Source of the DNA: an uncultured Thermoplasmata archaeon | GTDB taxonomy: Archaea > Thermoplasmatota > Thermoplasmata > GCA-020350865 | Direction: 5' to 3' | DNA: 40,464 nucleotides | Assembly: GCA_965372465.1 (NCBI GenBank) | Contig: CBDVCK010000002.1 | Coordinates: 1-40,464, forward strand | Part shown: in pieces, positions 19,392 through 27,300 of the stretch | Position numbering within the stretch: the first letter of the stretch is position 1 | Layout: every line of letters begins with the position of its first letter | Made by a program: the position numbers and the translations under genes | The notes under the pieces: generated by a model | Database searches by the model: none | Told to the model about the DNA's origin: nothing | Seen by the model: only the letters and a program-made list of their open reading frames with translations

Positions 19392-20995
19392 TGATTATCC
19401 TCCGAATCCATCTGGGAATCGTTTTCCTTTTTGCTCCAAAATTTTAATCGCGTTATTATACTGGATATTATCTGCTTCATTTCCATTTTTTCATATGATT
19501 CAAGACCCATATAATAGAATAGCAACATATAAAATCCACATCCTGCTGCAAAATACCCTCCAAGTTCTATTATGTCCCTTATTAGCGACGAGACCGTCGG
19601 ATGAACCCCCATTATTACGGGAGCGCGCAATAGTAACAATCCATACATGAATACCGCTGTAACCGCTGCAAATGGAAATGTCTTGGCAAATACCTGTTTT
19701 GCATATGTTCTCCATTTTATATCCAGAACTCTGAAGATATACCGTAAAAAGAAGACTTCCATTACAATAAAAGGTATAGTCGTGCCCAGTGCCACTCCTT
19801 TCAATCCATATCCCTGCTGCACCAAAAACAGGCTGAGACCCAAGTTAAGGACTGCAACAATTGCGTAATATTTTACAAATTTCTTTATTTTATTCATTCC
19901 AATAAGTATCTGGGTTGCCAGGTAATTGTTAAAATCAAAAAATAGGACTATCACCAGTATCTGCACTATAATGTGATATTGAGCATAATCATTCCCCATC
20001 CATATTGTTAGCATTTCTTTCGAAAGCAACATCACCGGTACGGCTAATGCCAGACACAAAGCAAGCACGTATTTGGTGGCCCTCAAGAACAATCTTTTCA
20101 AAGCCTGAAGATTTTCTGTGGCTTGCAGTTCAGATGCTGCAGGAAGTACAGCATATAAACTTATGGAGGGCATGTTAGAGGGTATTCCATAGAGTTTCCA
20201 TGCAGCTTGGTAGAAGGTGATCAATGCTACATCCACAAATAAACCTATCACAATTCTATCGGTCTGATATATGATCATTATAAAAATTGATAGAAGAAAT
20301 ACGCTCATACTCAGATCCATCAGAACCTTGACCATTCCTTTCCTCACATATGAGAAGGAAATAGATACATAGGGCAACAGTCTTTGAATAAAGAAAGCCG
20401 TTATTACGAATCCGAACAACCCCGTCATAGTTGTATAAAAAACCAAATCAAAAATATTCCCGCCCCAGGTCAGAACCAATACAGTAACGCTGAGATTTAC
20501 AAGGGTCATAATAAAGGTTATTAACGCTAATATATCGTACCTCTGAAGCCCACCTAAAACCCCTTTAAGCGATGATAAAGCCAGGCTGAATATGAAAGTT
20601 ACTCCGATGAGATACAGGATGGCCTGTGCCTTAAGGTATATCTCATCGTCCACAAGGTAACCCAATAAAAATTTCCCAATCAGTAATAATATTACTGCTC
20701 CAACTAAACCAACGAAAAAGAATATAAAGAATGTTGTATTAATAACCTCATTGAGCTTTTCTTTATCATCTTTAGCGTGATATTCGGCAACAAATTTTAC
20801 CAGCGAGTGTCCGATACCAAGGTCCAGAATTCCAAAATAGCCGGTAATAGCAACTACGAAGAGATATATCCCATAATCCATCTCACCGACATGATCAACA
20901 ATGAACCAGAACAAATAAAAGGTAAGGCCAAAACCCCATATTTTAATTGCATAATTTATGATGGTGTTTCTGATCAACTTTTTCTTTACGCTCAC
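19388..20995 (-). CDS. Oligosaccharide flippase (Wzx/MOP superfamily)
   Basis: About 14 hydrophobic segments; DYGIY...DLGI; TDRIVIG; GTG start. Confidence 0.88.
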   Translation of the reverse strand: MSVKKKLIRNTIINYAIKIWGFGLTFYLFWFIVDHVGEMDYGIYLFVVAITGYFGILDLGIGHSLVKFVAEYHAKDDKEKLNEVINTTFFIFFFVGLVGAVILLLIGKFLLGYLVDDEIYLKAQAILYLIGVTFIFSLALSSLKGVLGGLQRYDILALITFIMTLVNLSVTVLVLTWGGNIFDLVFYTTMTGLFGFVITAFFIQRLLPYVSISFSYVRKGMVKVLMDLSMSVFLLSIFIMIIYQTDRIVIGLFVDVALITFYQAAWKLYGIPSNMPSISLYAVLPAASELQATENLQALKRLFLRATKYVLALCLALAVPVMLLSKEMLTIWMGNDYAQYHIIVQILVIVLFFDFNNYLATQILIGMNKIKKFVKYYAIVAVLNLGLSLFLVQQGYGLKGVALGTTIPFIVMEVFFLRYIFRVLDIKWRTYAKQVFAKTFPFAAVTAVFMYGLLLLRAPVIMGVHPTVSSLIRDIIELGGYFAAGCGFYMLLFYYMGLESYEKMEMKQIISSIITRLKFWSKKENDSQMDSEDNQ

Positions 20996-21252
20996 AAAAC
21001 GGCCTCTTTTATCCTATTTATAATCTTCTTATCGTTCCTCGAAGTTAAGTAGACACCAACTAGAATATTTAAATATATCTATAACTTTGCTTGAAAATGT
21101 CAAGTAAAAAATACCAGTTTCGTATAACTGGTTACAGGTGTAAAAAATTAAACCGAAATATTTAAAGATATGTATCTCTTCCCAACCAAAAATCGAATAA
21201 ATTATGGCAAAAAATTGAATTAATTGCTTAAAAGAAGTCAAAAGGTGATGAT

Positions 21253-21708
21253 ATGGAACTCCTCTCAAAATATCATGTCATAAAAGATTCGGAGATCGGT
21301 GAAGGAACCGTTGTAAGACATTATGTCAATCTATACGGCTGTAAAATCGGAAAGAACTGCAAAATCGCCTCCTTTGTTGAGATCCAAAAGGATGTGGTAA
21401 TAGGTGATAACTGCAAAATCGAGGCTTTTGCCTACATTCCCACAGGAGTTACCATTGAAGATGACGTTTTCATAGGGCCCCATGCATGTTTCACAAATGA
21501 TAAAAAGCCGTTCATTAAAGAGGAATGGAAACCTGTACCTACCATTGTAAAGAAAGGAGCGTCCATTGGTGCCAATGCAGTCATTGTATGCGGTGTTACA
21601 ATAGGTGAGAATGCCATGGTGGGAGCAGGCAGCGTGGTTACAAAGGATGTCCCTGCCAATGCAACGGTAGTGGGAAATCCTGCCAAGACAATTGATGAAA
21701 AGAATTGA
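21253..21708 (+). CDS. Hexapeptide-repeat sugar N-acetyltransferase (WbpD/QdtC-like)
   Basis: [28 protein letters not shown]...GNPA; AGGTGA RBS. Confidence 0.85.
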   Translation: MELLSKYHVIKDSEIGEGTVVRHYVNLYGCKIGKNCKIASFVEIQKDVVIGDNCKIEAFAYIPTGVTIEDDVFIGPHACFTNDKKPFIKEEWKPVPTIVKKGASIGANAVIVCGVTIGENAMVGAGSVVTKDVPANATVVGNPAKTIDEKN

Positions 21709-21740
21709 CGATAATCATCTTGAAATAAGGAGGTTTTATA

Positions 21741-22199
21741 ATGCAAGCTACAATAGATACCAATAAAGGTAAGATAGTGCTGGAACTATTTGATAAAGAC
21801 ACACCCCGGACTGTGGATAATTTCGTGAAGCTGGCTAAAAGCGGCTTCTACGACAGCCTGAAATTCCACCGCGTGATTGCCGATTTCATGATCCAGACCG
21901 GCTGTCCAAAGGGAGACGGAACCGGAGGACCCGGGTATCAGTCGGAATGTGAAATCAAACCGCATTTGAAGCATGAGCCAGGCACCCTGTCCATGGCGCA
22001 TGCAGGAACCTGCGAGCACGGACGCTCTGGTGAAAAATTATCGGGCCGATGCTCCAATGGTTCGCAGTTCTATATAACACATGTTGCCACATCCTGGCTT
22101 GATGGCAAGCACACGGTCTTCGGCCGCGTGTCGGAGGGCAAGGACGTGGTGGACAGCATAAAGCAGGGCGATACTATTTTGAAGGTTACAATACAATGA
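21741..22199 (+). CDS. Cyclophilin-type peptidyl-prolyl isomerase with a loop insertion
   Basis: [38 protein letters not shown]; AGGAGG RBS. Confidence 0.93.
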   Translation: MQATIDTNKGKIVLELFDKDTPRTVDNFVKLAKSGFYDSLKFHRVIADFMIQTGCPKGDGTGGPGYQSECEIKPHLKHEPGTLSMAHAGTCEHGRSGEKLSGRCSNGSQFYITHVATSWLDGKHTVFGRVSEGKDVVDSIKQGDTILKVTIQ

Positions 22200-22207
22200 T
22201 TGAGGGA

Positions 22208-22226
22208 TGAGTGGACCGAATGGGAT
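22208..22226 (-). repeat. Degenerate copy of the tRNA-Ala 3' end plus trailer
   Basis: tgagtggaccgaatgggat versus tgagtggaccggacgggat at 22343-22361 (17/19 identical). Confidence 0.8.
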
Positions 22227-22248
22227 GTGTTCAAGCTCCGCTTTTTTA

Positions 22249-22263
22249 TGGACCGGACGGGAT
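22249..22263 (-). repeat. Exact 15-bp copy of the tRNA-Ala 3' end (positions 59-73)
   Basis: tggaccggacgggat is identical to 22347-22361. Confidence 0.9.
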
Positions 22264-22308
22264 GTTCAGGTTTAAGACCCCAACGAAGTCCAAGTATAAC
22301 CTGAACAT
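22262..22308. repeat. 11-bp perfect inverted repeat (hairpin)
   Basis: atgttcaggtt (22262-22272) and aacctgaacat (22298-22308). Confidence 0.8.
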
Positions 22309-22346
22309 TAAGTCTGGTTCACGACTTCAATAAGAAAAAAGCTGAG

Positions 22347-22444
22347 TGGACCGGACGGGATTTGAACCCGTGGCCTCCACCTATTCCGAGGATTTTCTGG
22401 TATTCCTTGCGAAGGTGGCGATCTTCCAACTGATCTACCGGCCC
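22347..22444 (-). tRNA. tRNA-Ala(CGC) with a 25-nt intron at canonical position 37/38 (22383-22407); CCA not encoded
   Basis: Acceptor stem GGGCCGG/CCGGTCC-A with the G3:U70 Ala determinant; D stem GATC/GATC; anticodon stem CCACC/GGTGG with CGC; T arm ACGGG-TTCAAAT-CCCGT. Intron CGGA pairs with U32-G35 and leaves a 3-nt bulge. Confidence 0.93.
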
Positions 22445-22465
22445 ACGAATGAGCCTGCGAATGAG

Positions 22466-22516
22466 TGGGTCGGGAGATATAGTGGCATTTTGCCTGCCAC
22501 GCTTATCTACCGGCCC
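22466..22516 (-). repeat. tRNA-like hairpin starting with an exact copy of tRNA-Ala nt 1-12
   Basis: Minus strand reads GGGCCGGTAGATAAGCGTGGCAGGCAAAATGCCACTATATCTCCCGACCCA, followed by CTCA like the real tRNA trailer. 22505-22516 equals 22433-22444. Confidence 0.65.
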
Positions 22517-22570
22517 GTAAAGTAATTGTGAGTAAGAAAAGGTAAAACAACCAGTTTGATAAATAATTTC

Positions 22571-24256
22571 CTATTCCACAATCCCGTATACCTCTACGCC
22601 ACTGGCTTCGTAGAGCTTTACAAAAGGTGCTTTATTGAATTTTTGCTGGGCTTCCAAACTCATTGGCTCTGCATTTTCCCACTGCAGAAGTGCGGCACCC
22701 TCTTTTATATCATCATCCAGCAATACGTAATTTATCGGTTTTTTTCCCGAGGGTGTTGATATGTTTTCTATTTCATCTCTACAATCCTCATATGATGGTG
22801 CATGCAGGGTTTTGTACGCCTTATCCCATGTTGCGTTCAGATGGGCGAATCCGAACAGTATGGAGCTCATTCTATGATCCGAGGCAATGGTGGCTTTTTC
22901 TTCTAAAGAATGCTTTGCCCAATACACAGCCTGCATATCGGCTTCGCTTGTCCCTTCCGAAAATCCCCCCATGATGTCCTTGGGCGGATAGGCGGAAAGA
23001 GCGGTCAAGCCTAAAAGAACTATGACAAGAGCCACTGCTAGTCTCTTTCTAAATCCCTTTGTATCATGACAAAATACGCCGTACATCATCACAAGACCTA
23101 AACCCATTACCAGAGCCAAAATCGGCATGAAATACTGCGGGTGTCTGTAGGACAGTAAAACGCGATTGGAAGTCACAAATGCAACCAAAGTAGAAAGCAG
23201 CAATGCCACTATCCATCCATAAACCATCATTCCATGCCTGAAAAATCTTAAATATCCACTGCCCACAGAGGTGAGGGCCAATAGGATAACGAGTGGTGCA
23301 AATAGAAAGACCGTATTTGCGCTCAGCTTGATATTGGTTCCTGGCATTTCAAACAGGGCCAGGAAAACAAGCACGCAAAAAAACACGATTAATAAACTAG
23401 AGTACATCATAAGCTGTTTTTGGGGCTTGGGGAATTTCGGATGGTAATTCCATTTTTTATGTCTTCTGATCCATATCAGGACGTACATAAGAAACAAGGC
23501 CGCGTACCCCAAAGAAAATACGGTCCAGGACGGTAGATCAAAGGCCGAGCCTACGATTTTTTCGGCAAAGGGCGGCGCGAAAACATTCCAATAAAGGATG
23601 AGTAAGGTATATAGGAAGACTAGATAGGCCCATTGAAACCTGGTATCACGATTGCCTTCGTTTCTCAGAATTTCGGTAGCAAACAATCCGCCGAGAATCA
23701 TGATGAACAAGAAATAACCTGAAAGATGGTGGGTTATGGTCAGGGCCAGGGTATTTAGGACAAGCAGCAAAATGAACTTCCTATTTTTAAATGATGCCAA
23801 AAACAGTAGAAGTGCGGATAAAAGTAAAACATCCCCCAAGGAACCCGGCATTGGATGGGATGTAGCAAATACCTGGGGCATGGCAACCGCCACAAACGCA
23901 CCTGCAAAAATACCTGCTGCATCGCTTTTTAAAATCCTTTTGGCAATAAAAAATGTTATTAAAACCGATAGGCTAGCTACCACCGGGATAACTATTATCA
24001 TTGACAAAAGAAGATCAATCCCCAATAGAAAATGGGCTGCTCCTGTAAGATAGAACATACCTGGAAAATACGGATAGCCAAATCCCCAGCCATCATACTC
24101 GGTTGAAACATAGCCATCTTGGGTAAGCTGCTCTGTGATTGCATAATACTCTCCACTATCCGAACCCCAGATAGCATATTGGGTCAAGGGCAAAATGCGC
24201 ATTACGCAGGCCAGGATAAAAATCACAAGTAAGGACAAGATGACCCATTTTTTCAT
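22571..24256 (-). CDS. Polytopic membrane protein, GT-C-like (lipid-linked-sugar glycosyltransferase-like)
   Basis: TM1 ending in R, then an external loop WGSDSGEYY...YPYFPG; about 13 TMs; soluble C-terminal domain (AVYWAK...IASD...YVLLD). Confidence 0.6.
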   Translation of the reverse strand: MKKWVILSLLVIFILACVMRILPLTQYAIWGSDSGEYYAITEQLTQDGYVSTEYDGWGFGYPYFPGMFYLTGAAHFLLGIDLLLSMIIVIPVVASLSVLITFFIAKRILKSDAAGIFAGAFVAVAMPQVFATSHPMPGSLGDVLLLSALLLFLASFKNRKFILLLVLNTLALTITHHLSGYFLFIMILGGLFATEILRNEGNRDTRFQWAYLVFLYTLLILYWNVFAPPFAEKIVGSAFDLPSWTVFSLGYAALFLMYVLIWIRRHKKWNYHPKFPKPQKQLMMYSSLLIVFFCVLVFLALFEMPGTNIKLSANTVFLFAPLVILLALTSVGSGYLRFFRHGMMVYGWIVALLLSTLVAFVTSNRVLLSYRHPQYFMPILALVMGLGLVMMYGVFCHDTKGFRKRLAVALVIVLLGLTALSAYPPKDIMGGFSEGTSEADMQAVYWAKHSLEEKATIASDHRMSSILFGFAHLNATWDKAYKTLHAPSYEDCRDEIENISTPSGKKPINYVLLDDDIKEGAALLQWENAEPMSLEAQQKFNKAPFVKLYEASGVEVYGIVE

Positions 24257-24396
24257 GTCTATCCAATTAACCCTATTGCAACCCCTATTTTAATATTTTA
24301 GGTAAAAGCCCGTATCCATACCCAATAAATTCTGTCACCGAAACGATATTATATGGATAATAACAATAAGAGACTCGGTTTTGGAGGTATGGAAGC

Positions 24397-27300
24397 ATGA
24401 AAAATACAATCGCATTTCTCGTTGCTCTTTCAATGATTACTTTATCATTTAATGTAGTTGCTCCATACCCGGAAACATCGGGTGGGAACGATTCCGGGGA
24501 CACCTCCAATGGAGGAAATCCGGATGGTGTATCATGGAGGCCGGTCAATCCCATAAAAAATGCTGTTCTCGTGAATTACGATGGAGAAAGTTATGTGGAT
24601 GATTTTGCCTATCTTGCTTCCGTTCCAGCATCGGTTTTCTATGCAAAATCAGAAGATGAGATATTTTCCAGTCCCCTGCTTTTTTATCAGAAACCTCAGG
24701 AACTACCCAATGAGGAGAAGGTGCTGAATGCAGCAGTTGGATTGGACTATTTCATGGAGGACTGGTTAACATATTCGGATGGAAAACTGGACTCCTTGCA
24801 GCTCATAAACATACCGGATGATGATGTGAATGAGCTCACATCCAAGTGGCCTTCTAATGATTACAAAGTTATCCAAAATGAATGCCCCATCAAAATAGCA
24901 AAGGACATTGCCCTTTATAACTGGGAGTACTCGGATTCTGCAGTTGTTGCTGTGATAGAAGATGACTATGAGGATATCGATGAGGTCACTGAAAACAGCG
25001 TGAACGGAACCATCTCTGGCTCGACCAGTATTCGGGTGGATGTGATCGAAGGCACAAAGGAGCCGGATCCAGTAACTCCTACATTTCACGATTTCTCTAT
25101 CGGTGATGATTACAAATATATGACATCATATATGGAATGGTACGGCCCTTCCGGCCTTGACACTATAAATGATCTGACCCAAAGGGGAAAGGACCCTGAC
25201 CTGCAGTTATATTCAGGGAAGTTGGGAGAGGTTGCCGCCTCTGAGAACTGGAATGTGCTATCTGGAGCATACGAGTCCATAGGCAGTTACATCTATCACA
25301 GTGGTGACTGGTCTTCAGCAGTAACGTACATGCCCACCGAGAGTATGGGCACTTCTGATGAACCTTCAAGTTCTGGTCCCGGGACGAGAGGTCCCCTGGA
25401 TGAGGCTTCATACGAGATCACCAACACCTTCTATCCTGGTATAGACCTGGAGCTTCTTGATGATACTCCATTTTACTGCAGGCAGGGGCGTTTTACACTT
25501 ACATGGGACGATGGTGCAACCAACCTGGGTTTAATCGTATTAGGACCTTCAGGAGCCGAAATCGCAAAGAACGTGGGCAATGACAAACCAAAGGAAATCG
25601 AATTGATAGAGCTGGGTGAGGGCAAGTATTACATTTCGGTTGTGAAACTTACCGATACATCCTCAGATGTTGCATTTAATGTCGACTATTCTTGGCATCA
25701 GATAAAAGAAAAAATCGAAGGCGACAACCTGGCCTCTGCAACGCAGGGAGCTGTTCTGGCTTCTGTTACCAACTCGCCTCTGCTCTTTGCGGAAAAATCC
25801 AAATTGCCTTCGTATACAAAGGATGCATTGGATACCCTAGGTGTGAAAAAGGTCTATTTGATTGATTTGGGCGGACACACCAAAGGCAAGGTTGCCTCTG
25901 CCATAAAAAATTCCAGATCCCTTCTTCAGCCCAAAATAAGTGTAAAGGAATTTATCAAGTACCAGAGTATCTATGGGGAAATCCAGAAGAGAACAGAGCA
26001 GTATGATGTCGTGTTTTCCACAATCAACCCCTGGACATACTGGCATGTGGGTATTGGCCCCAAGGGCGAGGAGCCGGGAGGGTTATTTTTGGGTCCTGCC
26101 GCTTATGCCGCAGCCCATCACGGTAGCCCTGTTTTCATAACTGATGTGCATCCCGAATTGTCTTCTGCAAATGCATGGCACAACGAGTTCTGGAGGAACG
26201 CATATTTGGGAAGGATGCCGCCCGCCGTGGGATGCATGGTACTCACAGGAACTGCGGTTTATGATTTTCTCGGTGAGATGGGCTTTGATAAAGACGGATT
26301 GGACTTTATGGAATCCATGCTAACAGTGGCAGGTCAATTCGATATCGGAACCAGCTGGGACCGTGTATTTGTGGGTGCCGCGTTACCCGGTAGGATCATG
26401 GGCTCACCTGTTGATACCTCCTATTGGACCTCAAGATCCGCTCTTTATCAGGCCATAATATTTGCAAATCCCGCAGTGAGTTCCGAAGGCGGGGTCACCA
26501 TGACCACAGGCTCCTCTTCTAGGCTTTCACATGGTGTCTTGCAGGTAGAGCCGGGAAGAGAGGTTACTGTGGAATATCCTGTGCTTCAGTCCTGGGTATC
26601 TTACGATCACAAGTTCAATGAGGAGGGCAGCCAGTATTGGGGTGTGGACTACACCTGTGCAGACGGAATAACTCCCTTCAGGACTCCATCCGATGATCCA
26701 ATTGACGCTGACGGCCGATGGCCTGATATCACAACCTCGGATGTTGTGCCCTACTATGCAGATAAGGCAGGATACTCCTCTGTCTTCAGCACAAACTTCG
26801 ATATTACAATGGACAATCTCAACCAGGGAGTCATCATGTGGCTCGAGGTGATGCATGGAGGCAACAGGGATGCAGGTGTCGTGGGTTTCTGGAATCCCGA
26901 GCAAATCGAGCCCAATCCCTGGAGGTGCTATGAGGATGAGGGTAGCACTGCAAATCCAGATACAAGGCTCATGAGCAAGAACACTGGTCTTGATTACATA
27001 AAGAATCCTTTTGAAGAGGGACCCCATGACGGGGTTATCATCTGCATATTGACCCAGACGACGCAGACCGTTGGTAAGGACGGCTATGATTTTGACGAGG
27101 CACTAAAGAATCTGCATTCCATGGGAGTCTCAGCAGGCTCCTGTCTTATTGCCAACACATTTTTGCATCTGTCCATGATAAGACACGGCTCCGTGTTCCA
27201 GGTAATAGACCCGTGGCTGACTTCATGGTACTGCGGCTTTGCGATCCAGACTTTTGTTCGGGATATAGCTCTGGGTTACTCCGTTGGGGAGGCCTATGAA

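Noticed and set aside
22208-22516. Repeats around the tRNA as a CRISPR array
   Set aside because: The repeats are tRNA-derived, 12-19 bp, irregularly spaced, and no cas genes are present.
22208-22516. Classical trans-spliced split tRNA
   Set aside because: A complete gene is present and I found no long GC-rich complementary leaders between the 5' and 3' fragments. Only the weaker half-BHB observation is kept.
22571-24256. Annotation as oligosaccharyltransferase AglB
   Set aside because: No WWDYG motif and a short soluble domain.
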